This document shows positions 52,092 to 64,000 of a stretch of DNA of 64,000 nucleotides, in pieces. The translations under genes were made by a program, and so were the position numbers. Each line of letters starts with the position of its first letter. Within the stretch, counting starts at the first letter, position 1. The notes under the pieces are model-generated. The model was not told the DNA's origin and made no database searches. It saw only the letters and a program-made list of their open reading frames with translations. Origin of the DNA: Octopus vulgaris (lineage: Eukaryota); the NCBI GenBank assembly GCA_951406725.2, contig OX597828.1, forward strand, positions 37,200,001-37,264,000. Reading direction: 5' to 3'.

Positions 52092-52353
52092 CACACACAC
52101 ACATATATACGCATTTTGTTTTAATAGGTCATGGTACAAAGTCGTAAATATTCCGAAATATAACAATATCTGTTTCAACACACGACTTCACATAAAAAAT
52201 CTTGCACAACAAATATTTAAACGTACATATATATATAAATATATATATATATATATGTATATATATGTGTATATATAAATATATACATATATATATATAT
52301 ATATATAAATATGCATATATATATATATATATATATACATAAATATGCATATA

Positions 52354-52410
<57 letters not shown>

Positions 52411-52855
52411 ATACGCATTTTGTTTTAATAGGTCATGGTACAAAGTCGTAAGTGTGCAGAATACGAATTAATACCGGATGTTTGCAGAGCGATATATATA
52501 TATATATATATATAAAAATTTGTGTGAGTGCGTCTTCGGTAGGTCGATCGTCCTGTCGATCATGAACGACAGCCAATTTGAGCGTGTAATCTCAATTTCC
52601 CGTGCATTAGCATGCACGCTCGTGTACATGCATACAAACACACACACACACATACACGCATGCTTATACACGTAGGTTCAAATATACGCGCAGACAACAA
52701 GATACACAAATCTGCACAAAAAACGCAAGCGTCGCATACACATGTACTCACACACAAATACACATATATTTCTATTATACATGTATGTGTATGTGCTTGT
52801 GTACATGGATTTGAACGCGTGTGTGTATAGGTGTTTTAGCTTGTTTCTTGACCTA

Positions 52856-52926
<71 letters not shown>

Positions 52927-53112
52927 GTCTGCCTGTCTGTTTTTCTGTCTGTCTGTATACATGTATGCACGTATGTAGTTATGTAAAGAGAGGCATACAT
53001 GCTTACATTTTTACATGTATATACGTGTGTGTACCTACAACTACCATATACATACTTACATACATACATACATACATAAATACATACATACATAAATACA
53101 TACATACATACA

Positions 53113-53176
<64 letters not shown>

Positions 53177-53926
53177 AGACCGGATGGTAAACGGACTTTT
53201 ACAGTCGGCTTTTCGATGCCCCCATTGGCGGCGTTATACTTATCTTGCTTATAAATAACGCTTATAAATAATACCTGCACCCGGTTACACTACTTACATG
53301 AAAATAGTCCATTGGTAATAAATTCTGAAAAAGCCTTTAAGAGAAATATGATTAACCATTGCAAGGGGAATTACTCCTGTGAGATGAATGGGGCTTTGTT
53401 TTTGACGACGGGGGGTTTCTTTGACAAGGCATGATTAGACGAACACACGCACACATAAAATATTTTTCTGCCGCCCGACGGATTCTACAGCAGTGACCAT
53501 TGTGTAGAGCTGTTTACCAACTGACAGCCGCGCGATCAAACGCACACACGTACACATAAAATGTTTCCTACCCCTTGACGGATTTCTCAGCAGTGACCAG
53601 AATGTAGCGCTTCTTACCAACTTGCGCACACATATATAGAACAGTAAACACACACATGTCTCTAAGTAGATTTTGGCTCGCCCCATATAATACATCTAAT
53701 ATTCTTTAAATAGTCAGAACTTTACTCTCGGTCACAAAGAACATCTACACACCCCGTGCCCTCACCCACCGGAATGATCGCTGCCTGACCCGTTAAAATC
53801 TTCAACGCACCCACCACACGTTTTCAACATACACTGATAAATAGTTTGGCCATGGGCTCTTAGGAGCCTAGTTCGATTTGTTTTGCTCCGCCTCTGTTCT
53901 GTTTTTGTTTTTTCCAACGGATTTCC

Positions 53927-54019
53927 TATTTCTTCCTGAAGAGAAAGACACAATATGGTCTCATTATTCAATCGGAATTTGGTAAATTGTGCCTTTCGAA
54001 ACACGTGTAGAATGAAATA
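53927..54019 (+). ncRNA. Type I hammerhead ribozyme
   Basis: UAUUUCUUC-CUGAAGA-GAAAGACACAAU...AUUGUGCCUUUC-GAAA-CACGUG-UA^-GAAUGAAAUA: 11 of 12 pairs in helix II, palindromic ACACGUGU, 9-bp helix I with one bulge. Predicted cleavage after A54009. Confidence 0.88.
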
Positions 54020-54242
54020 AAACGATTTCTGTTCAATCTTCGTTCAACTCCATTTCTTAAATTCACTAATAATATTAAAATTCAATTATCCGCACCAACG
54101 CACGGTTGCAACACCATATGGTTGTACCTCCAACCGTGCTGTCTTCTGCTGGGATTTTTGCTACCAAGGTATCGATTAAACTTTTGATTAATCTGCAACA
54201 AGATTATTCATCTTTCTATTTCACACACACAATATATATATA

Positions 54243-54324
<82 letters not shown>

Positions 54325-54617
54325 GCATGTAAGTACACTCATATTTATATACATACATAATTGATACGTAGGTGTTTAATATTTTGTATGTGTTTCTGTA
54401 TTATTACGCGTGGGAAAAATAAATTACACGCTTATAATGGCTGACGTGTGAGTTGCTTTCACTCTATATACATAAAGATAAATAACTACATAGTTATAGA
54501 TACTATTTATATAAGCAATATAATTTATGCATTTGTTGGTCAAAGCTGAGGTTCTTAACGGTTCTGATTAGGAAATCGATGCACCGGAAAAATTATATGT
54601 ATTGTAATGTACCGTGT

Positions 54618-54823
54618 TGCGAGCTGGCAGAATCGTTAGCACGTCGGCCGAAATACATAACGGTATTTCGTGTGCCGTTATGTTCTGAGTTCAAATTCCA
54701 TCAAGGTGGTCTTTCGGGGGCGATAAATTAAGTAAAAGTTATTCTGTAGGGTCGATACAATCGGTTTGTCTGTCCTTGTTTGTCCCCTCTATGTTTAGCG
54801 CCCTGTGGGCAATTAAGAAATAA
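54618..54823 (+). mobile_element. SINE family A monomer
   Basis: GCGAGCTGGCAGAATCGTTAGCACG head through AAGAAATA tail. Confidence 0.82.
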
Positions 54824-55189
54824 ATATATTTTAATGTACAAATTTCGAATGCGTTCCAAGGTTTCTATTTTCAAGAATTCAATTGTTTTTACGCATTATA
54901 TTTACTTAGAATGAACAAAATTAATTTTCCAATTTATTGTTATTTTCTTGTTCAGTTACTATAGATTCAGGCAAGAAAATGTATTGTTCATTTTTATCAT
55001 AATGTTTCTAATTCAATATCATTTTGTTATTCAGCTCATATTCGCATACTAATTATTAGATTACAAACTTAGTTTTTCACCAGTTCTTTCGCATATGATA
55101 TATACGTGTGCGTGTATGCATAAAGGCATATATATCTATACGTATATGTATATATTCTCATATATATGCACACATATACACACACACAC

Positions 55190-55228
<39 letters not shown>

Positions 55229-55249
55229 CTACTTCTCTCTCTCTCTATG

Positions 55250-55307
<58 letters not shown>

Positions 55308-55389
55308 CATATACACATATATATGTGTGTGTATGTGCGTGTGTCTGTATATATATATATATATACCTATATATATATATGTATAGGTA

Positions 55390-55437
<48 letters not shown>

Positions 55438-55461
55438 TGTACTTATATGAATGTGTATGTG

Positions 55462-55492
<31 letters not shown>

Positions 55493-55506
55493 GCATATAA
55501 TTATGT

Positions 55507-55544
<38 letters not shown>

Positions 55545-55787
55545 CAGAGGAGCTTTTAAGAAGCTTCATAATATTTCGTTATAAATCGGAATTTTGTTTT
55601 TCACCAAGTATTTAGTTAAGCATTCTTTTTTAAAAAAACTGGACAGACTTCTTGACGAGGAGCAAACATTGGCGAACTTTATTGTTGCGTTGGAACTAAA
55701 AAAACCAGACAGCGTGTCGGGTCAAGGATATTTTATTCGTATGAACGGGGGAATATATATATATATATATATGCATAACTTCATATA

Positions 55788-55827
<40 letters not shown>

Positions 55828-55845
55828 CATATTCATTTACGTATA

Positions 55846-55889
<44 letters not shown>

Positions 55890-55995
55890 TAGATAGATAT
55901 ACATGTCTATATATATAATTATATATATCTATACGTATTTGCATATATTCTCATATATATGCACACATACACACTCATATATATGTATATCTATG

Positions 55996-56078
<83 letters not shown>

Positions 56079-56453
56079 TTATATCCATATACATATAATA
56101 TATATAAAGGTGTATATATATATACATGCGTGTATGTACATTTAGATGCGTGCGTGGCTATTGTAATATCTCTATTTTCTCGTATCTAATTTCTTTACAT
56201 TTATTTAATTACAAAACCACCGAACTTGAATTTTTTATAATAAATTTGAAACTCTGTAACTCAATTTCAAATATCTTTTTATTTATATGTAATTGATTTT
56301 GGTTTTAGAATAACATTGTTGATATTCTTAATCCGCATCCCCACATTACATCTCTTTCAATATCTATCTATCAATCTATCTTTTTATCTTTCTCTGTCTA
56401 TCTATCTATAGACATACATTCATCTATACATAGGCATCTATGCACATACACGC

Positions 56454-56552
<99 letters not shown>

Positions 56553-56715
56553 TGTGTATATATTAACAAAATCACTTTCAAATGCTGCCAAATAGAATAT
56601 GTTCCTCTGGCAAGATCTAACAACAACAACCACAACAACCACAACAACAACAACCACAACAACAACAAAAACAACAACAGCAACAACGACAACAACAGGC
56701 GTAGTTGTAGTAGTT

Positions 56716-56772
<57 letters not shown>

Positions 56773-58629
56773 TATTATTATTATTAAGACGAAGAGCGCG
56801 ATTAGAGTGTAAGATATTTTATTAGTTGACTGTTTACCTTTGTGAATAGTTATGTCAATCCTTTTTTAAGAATATTATTATTATTATTATTATTATTATC
56901 ATTAATAGTAGTAGTAGTAGTTGTTGTTGTAGTAGTAGTAGTAGTTGTAGTAGTAATATTAAAAGTAATAGTAATTATGATGATGATGACGCTTCTAAAA
57001 TGGTTGTTCCTTGGTCAGTTGGTTTCAAATACAAGCTTAACTCTCATTATATCGACTTTATTTCCTCCAAAATTAAATTACGTTATATCGCTGGAGTTAA
57101 GTCCCTCACATGTGTTTATATTTTATACACTCAAGTAGATTGATATTATAAATTAACTTCATGCACAATATCAGTTAATATATTACTTCCAAGTCACCAT
57201 ATTATACGCGATCATAATGAATGTGTATTTAGCTTACAGAAGACCCACTAAAAAATCTTCGCTTCTGCAAAAGTTTTAATATTTCGAATCAGCGCCACAA
57301 AATCCCACTTATCTCTTGATATACTGTTTACATCTATGGCTTGCCAACAAGAATAGAATGTCTTTCCCTGAAGAAGTCTAATCGTAGCTAAATATGCCCG
57401 TTACTGTCACGAGTCGGCTGCAATCGAAAGGATTCTCTCCATATAAATAGCCTTTACGGTTAAAAAATGCGAATGGCTTTATTTTACAACATGTTTCTAA
57501 ACATCCAACAGAGGTAGATTTTCTGTAATTATTTGGATAATCTCTTTATTATGTATTGGTAAAGCAAGAATACAGCAGGTTAAGTAAACCAATCAGTCGA
57601 CTGAGGCCATTTATAAAAACATGAAAGCTACATAATCTATGTGTCACGTTCATACTTAGATATTTTAAATTTTGTTAAGATGCTCAATTCATGATGACCT
57701 TCTGTTTCATGGTATATCAACACGGAGGATTCTAATAGTTATTGGAATTGCATGACATGACAGCCAAATTATCCCCAGTTGTTTTAAAATCATTTAATAC
57801 GCCGAATAAATGAATGTAGAAAATACTAAGCCAAGCCAAAAAGACGACATAGTCATGTCTTGAAAATCAGACATTTCTGTCACTCAGAAATATCTTTCCT
57901 AGCATGTGACAATGTCAACAGAAAATTAGAGAAGCTACTGCTCTCAATGAACCGAGACAAGAAGCTTCGTAAATACCGAAAATCAATTTTCAAAATTTAA
58001 AAAGTACAACAAAAGAAATGGAAATACCCAGTTTATCAAATACTTCATGGAAACACCTCACATTCACGAAACAATAACAACGGTAGCAGCAATGGAAAAG
58101 ACAAAAAACCCATTGTTATTTTATTTCCTTACGCCAGTGGAATGCACGCACAAAATACATTTTAAAATATCATAATAGAACATCAAAGTCATTACAAAAC
58201 ATCTTTAGCAAACTCAATGTTTTTATCATTATACTTGGCAATTACATTAACGATAAATTATTTTTAATGCGTCAATGAAGAACACTCCATATTCCAAATT
58301 ACACTCAAATCAGATTAAACAGCACATATAACAAAAGAGATCTCATAACTTACGTAAAATTCTGCTTTCAGAAAGTTCATGAGGTCAATTGCAAAAGATC
58401 TCCATACGTCAGAAGGAACAGTCTGAAATTTTGGCCACGAAGACATAAGATATAAGTCTTATATGATGAGGAAAGGTCAGTTTATATTAGAAAAAGCAAA
58501 GGAGAATGATTACATCAGTTACCTAATAGAAGATAACAGTATATCATAAATAACATCTATATATCAATACAACATTCTCAAGCGGTGGTGGAGGGAGCAA
58601 ACACAAACACAAAGACACACAAACACAAA

Positions 58630-58667
<38 letters not shown>

Positions 58668-58679
58668 TATATACATATA

Positions 58680-59458
58680 TAGGGTGTGCGTAAGGTATTT
58701 AAGGACATACGTTTTTCGGGTCATTGCTGCATTTTTTGCTAACTCTGTATAATCTTTGTTCCATAAAATGATAAAGGCAGACTCTCAGCTTATACAAGAA
58801 ATCACAAAGTTAACAGAAGAAATGACAGATGGTTATGTGCAGCCCGTTCTTTTCCATTTGTTATGCGTACAGAATTTCCTGCAACTGTCATAATTTTAGG
58901 AGTTGTCAGCAATGAAAGACATGTGATGCCTCCTTACTTCTTTCCACAAGGCTTTAGAGTTAACTCTGCTGCCTAGATTAAGGTCTTGGAAATAATTAAG
59001 CCCTGGATAGACAGTGTATGCAATGGAATGCCATATGTGTTTCAGTAAGACTCTGCACTCTCACACATGGCTCTAGTAACAGGAATGGATGGCTGAAAAT
59101 TTTCATAATCACATAACTCCTAACATTTGGCCTCCTAATTCTCTAGATCTCAATCCATTGGACTATTACATGTAGAGCGTTGTTGAGAGCGAGGTCTATG
59201 AACACCAAAGATTCTTTGAAAGCTGCCATAGACAGAGTACTGTTCAAAATGAACCAGGAGCACTTGATTGGAGCATGTAGACCATTTAGATTTCATACAG
59301 AAGTAGTTGTGGAAGCTGAAGGTGGCTTTATTGAATAACAATATAGAAAAGACAGGTTATTTTTATCCTCATAAAAATCTTTTGTTATCTGTTATTATAT
59401 ATCTATTGTTTTTTTTTATATAAACATAAATTTGTCCTCAAATATCTTATGCATCCTG
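58680..59458 (+). mobile_element. Internally deleted maT-like (DD37D) transposon, copy 2
   Basis: Imperfect TIRs TAGGGTGTGCGTAAGGTATTTAAGGACA / TGTCCTCAAATATCTTATGCATCCTG with TA flanks; VFQ*DSA...WPPNSLDLNPLDYY with about 37 residues between the two D. Confidence 0.85.
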
Positions 59459-59787
59459 TATATGATGGACCTTGTTTACCAATACGAATCTCACCAACTA
59501 CAAAACTTTAACACCCTTACAACCAACTGAATTAGAGAAAGTCATGGCTTTCTGATAGCACAGCTTACAAAACAGATAAGAGATTATCCTCATATCTTAA
59601 TCCCTTCTGGATTGTAAAGAATCAATACATTATGATTTGTAGATACAACTTAGTCTGCAGTGTGTGTGTGTGCGTATGAAATTGTATCTGTCAGATTTCC
59701 GACAGCTAGGTGTAAGGTCGAGATACCCGGGATGCAGTTACTTGGTTAAGTGTTATTTTATTATGCAGTACATTAGGCAAGATATAG

Positions 59788-59953
<166 letters not shown>

Positions 59954-61019
59954 GTGTGTGTATGTGTGTGTGTGTACAGACGTTCATACACACGTATACT
60001 CACACACACACGCATAAATTTTCGGATTGCATTCATAAATTCCGTAATCGACTGAGTCATTTTGTAGCTTTCATATGTAAAGAGTTACATCAACTCTATC
60101 TTTGGAATACTTAGACAAATAAACTAAAATTCAGTAATTGTTATTTGTGTTTATGGAACAAATGAAACAGTCATCGTAGAAAACGGCGACGAATCCTTTC
60201 TTACTTTCTGATAGCATTTTTCATTCAGAGCATAAAACACACTTTTCTTGTTAAAAAGGAACGAATAGAGTTATATTATTGTTGTTTAAATGCAATTATA
60301 TTTCTGTTTAGCATTTCAAACAGAAACCGAAAAATGAATTTATAAATGAACTAAAAAGCAGAAAACTTTGCAATGCAGTAACAAAAAAGATAATTAGAAT
60401 AATCTTTATAATTATGAAAGAAAATGTTTTTAAATCGAGCAATTTGCTTAATTATTTCACAATATGTTTTTTCCCTTTTCTCTTTCTCTTTTAATTATGT
60501 TCCATTTTTGAATATTAATTTATAAATTTAATCAAGCTTAATTAATCCGTTGCAGTCGTTCGGCGAATGTAATAACACAATTTTTCTTCACATCGGAAGA
60601 CATGTGTGAGCACATATCCGCTGCAGATTGGCGCCAACAGTTATATTTGTAAGCTGCCAGGCAGCCAAGCGGACAACCAGACAGAATATCAGAAATAAAA
60701 CCAAATACACAGTTATTTAGATAGATTGATAGATAGATAGAAAGAGAGAGAGGGAGAGAAGAAGATAAAGAGAGATAGAGAGATAGGAGGGAGATAATAT
60801 AAAGATAGATAGATAGGTAGATAGATAGATACAAATCAAGGAAGACAGAAAAATAGATTGATTCACAGATAGAATAACATGTATGCATGCATTTATGCAT
60901 ATTGTGTAGAAATTAGGTCATCTGGCTGGTGTGTGTGTGTATATGGATGCACACATCTATGTATATATGTATGTATGTATGCATATCGGGATAGTCATTT
61001 TCACGCGCGTTTCAAGCTT

Positions 61020-62230
61020 TAACTTGTTATTGTTGTGTTATCCTCAGTTCTCTCTGGAAGTTGGTCGTGAGGTAAGACGTAGCCAACATATCCATCTTCT
61101 TTGTTATACTATGTCGTTCCTCACCTGTAATGTTAGAACCATCCCATCTTGAATTATTGAATCGTATAGGATGTAGCATGAATAATTGAACATTTTGACA
61201 TCTCTTTGCAGCCGAGTCTATTTCTCTATGCTGGAAGAATCTGGTGGTGTGAACAAGGGAGGCAATCAAGCAAGAGTCTTGGTGTTGTACATTCCAGAAT
61301 AATGATTGCGAATATCAAGACGATTGCTTCTGCCTTATGCCTTTGAGTTCATTTGACTGGGCTGAGACAAGTACGAAAAATAATGATTTTAGCAACGTGT
61401 TGTAAATGTGTTTGGTTGTTTCGAAATTGAATTTTCATATAGTTATACAATATACGATTCATTTTGTATAACTATGGGAGTTAAAAATCTCTTGGCAATA
61501 AACTTCCTTTAGATATTTCTTTATGTATGTTTTGTATAATTTCGTAGCTGGTCTGTGGATCTGGTCTGTGCATAAACTGCGAAAGGCATCGCATAAAATA
61601 CCGTACAATATTTCTTTTCGTTCTTTATGTTCTGAGTTGGCCTACAACAATATTGGGAAGAAGCCGTATCGGCTCTTGCATTTTCCATTTACAACATTGG
61701 TTGGATAGGAAAAGAAGACTTTGCAGCACGAGCAGATACTGATCTCCTACAAACAACTTTGCAATGGCTTACACCAGACGGGAAAGAGTCTTCTCGCTAA
61801 GTTTTTGGGATATTTTATTAGTCTGTCTCTATCATTTGAAGTAAGCATATATAATCTTCTCAGTGAACTTCTGTACTATTTTTGATTCTCATTTTATTTT
61901 CTAGTAGGATTCTCCAAAGTAACTTAAAGAGAGATCATATCAGCTTTTATATCATGTCCCTGTCGTAATGATTTTTTTCCTGTTCACAAACTTGATCGGG
62001 AATTTTTCTTAGCTTTTTTTTCCCTCAGCTGAAGATGATGTCTAAGTGTTACAACTTTATATGATTTTATTAAAGATTTCAAGCAATAGCCGCCCACATT
62101 CTATGGTAAATATAATGAGACTCTGCCTCAACAGGTGTTTCAATTTCCTGTAACATTCAACAGTTTCAATGTTATTACATTGAGCTCTTTAAGTATTCTT
62201 AGAGACCAATTCAGAAAGCCAGATGTTGGT
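61020..62230 (-). pseudogene. Possible highly decayed non-LTR retrotransposon fragment
   Basis: Non-repetitive, coding-like composition with many stops; only weak resemblance to R4-type ORFs. Confidence 0.25.
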
Positions 62231-62241
62231 CTCAGAATATA

Positions 62242-62636
62242 CTAGCAGTATCGCCCGGCGTTGCTCGGGTTGTAAGGGAAATAAATATATAAGTATTTTT
62301 AGAGAGTTATAGCCAAAAAATAGCAAAAAAATGCATTAAAAATTGAAAAAAAATTAAGATAAATTTTTTTTTAAATCGTTGACACATCGTAGATATTTTT
62401 AGAGAGTTACTTCCCTTATATAAAAGCGAAAAAAATGCATTAAAATGGAAAAATATGATGGTAAATTTTTTTTAAATCGTAGACTCATCGTAGACGCACG
62501 CTAATACCCAGAAGGGCTCGATATGAATCACGACTATAAGATACCCGCTTTTGGTTAAACTGCACCGCAAAATGAGGGAGTAGCTAGGAATCTAAATCGT
62601 AGGAGACAGACATACAACTTCACTCTTATATAAAGA
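62242..62636 (-). mobile_element. Non-autonomous Helitron with exact termini
   Basis: Minus strand A|TC...CCCGAGCAACGCCGGGCGATACTGCTAG|T: TC start, 3' hairpin, CTAG end, inserted between A and T with no TSD. Confidence 0.88.
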
Positions 62637-63630
62637 TGCTTTTTGTTTTTCAGTCATAGAGTTAGATTTATGAAGGTCTTCAGTAGAAAATCCTTCGAAT
62701 TCTGACTCGCTGCTTGATATAATGAAATTCGTATCCATTTTTTGTCAGAATTACAAATTTTGAAAACACAATAGGAACAAATTTCGGAAAAAAATCTCCC
62801 ATAATTCACGGAATTAATACAGAGTAAAATAAAAACCAATTTACCTTTTCTGTCCGTCCGTGTGTCTTTGCAAATGTGTTGGAATGATAAGTGAGTTGAG
62901 TTTTGGCGCCTTTTTTACTAATAACAAACACACACGTGTTTGTATGTAGTTGTATGTGTATGTAGTTGTATGTGTATGTAGTTGTATGTAGTTGTATATG
63001 TATGTGTATGTGTGTGTGTGAGGAAGGACACACACACACACTCACGCACGCACACATGTACATCAATGCTTTCGGAGTGATATGTTAAAATATTGAGTTT
63101 TCTCAAATTTTGTCTTAATTGGTGGTAAAATTGAAAGAAATTTTTTATGGCATCACCCACTGAAGTACTCTGAAAAATTTTAGGTAAATTCTAATTGAAG
63201 AAATTGTGTGAGGAATAAATGGTTATGTATTTATTTGTTTCTGTTTGCTGTGTTTTTTTATTTTTTGAGTAGTGGTTTAAATACTTTCAGTTTAATCTTC
63301 CTCAAATCACTCTGTCGCTATTTACTTTCATTTTATTCGTTGCCCACTGTGTGTGTGCGTTTGCGTGTGGTGTAAACCAGACTAAGAAAAGCATTTGACA
63401 CACACACCAGAATGTGAGTTTTCTGTAAATTTTGCTTAATTGGAGTTTAAATTTTAAAAACTGGACCTGGCATGACGCGATGCATTGTACTCTTAAAAAT
63501 GCTAGGTAAATTGTAATTGAAGAAATCCTATATTGTAGATTTGTATAACTCCCAAAGGGAGGCAGATAAAATCTGTCTTTTATAATAAGAGATACTGCAA
63601 ACACTTTAGAAGTGGTAGGCTCTTTCAAGT

Positions 63631-63870
63631 GGAGGCGCGTGGCTTAGTGGTTAAGGTGTCAGCATCATGATCGTAAGATTGTGGTTTCGATTCCTGGACC
63701 GGGCGACGCGTTGTGTTCTTGAGCAAAACACTTCATTTCACGTTGCTCCAGTCCACTCAGCTGGCAAAAATGAGTAACGCTGCGATGGACTGGCGTCCCG
63801 TTCAGCTGGGGAACACATACGCCATAGAAACCGGTAAACCGGGCCCATGAGCCTGGCTAGGCTTTAAAAA
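63631..63870 (+). mobile_element. SINE family C head with a different tail
   Basis: GGAGGCGCGTGGCTTAGTGGTTAAG A-box, GGTTTCGATTCC B-box, GTGTTCTTGAGCAAAACACTT block. Confidence 0.82.
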
Positions 63871-64000
63871 GGGCGTATTTATTTTTATTTATATATTAGG
63901 CTCTTTCTAAACGGAGAATTCTGTTACCCATAAATCCTTTATATTCTTGTTACAACAATCTAGTGAGAATATAGTGATACACTCACGAGACAAATGAATC

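Noticed and set aside
53762-54004. Minus-strand 80-aa ORF with an apparent acceptor TCTTTCTCTTCAG
   Set aside because: The apparent acceptor is the reverse complement of the HHR core CTGAAGAGAAAGA; the peptide is unrecognisable.
60540-60710. GC-richer unique island, possible exon or enhancer
   Set aside because: No paired splice sites; conservation cannot be assessed from this sequence alone.
63631-63705. tRNA gene
   Set aside because: A and B boxes are present but there is no complete cloverleaf, and the sequence continues into a SINE body.

Overview
AT-rich, microsatellite-saturated eukaryotic DNA. It is most likely an octopus/coleoid intron or intergenic block, inferred from SINE families that resemble cephalopod OK/OR-type SINEs as I recall them. 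Nearly all listed ORFs are translations of (TA)n/(CA)n/trinucleotide repeats and no complete protein-coding gene is present. Supportable content: about 30 tRNA-derived SINE copies of 3-4 families, decayed DD37E (TRT-like) and DD37D (maT-like) transposons, Helitron and Helentron-type non-autonomous elements, R4/Dong-like LINE remnants, a Penelope-like remnant and one candidate 104-bp coding exon on the minus strand. The main signal is a set of minimal type I hammerhead ribozymes (HHRs) with palindromic helix III, carried by several unrelated short elements inserted in (TA)n tracts. These include a 3.7-kb foldback array of a 536-bp unit with 7 HHR copies (9577-13260), a 360-bp partial tandem with a U3-A8 variant core (48337-48931), single HHRs at about 4965, 49413 and 53927, and weaker variants at about 6503 and 51635. 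Together with several foldback insertions, this looks like a diverse Penelope-mobilised retrozyme system. All folds were read by eye; nothing was computed or searched.
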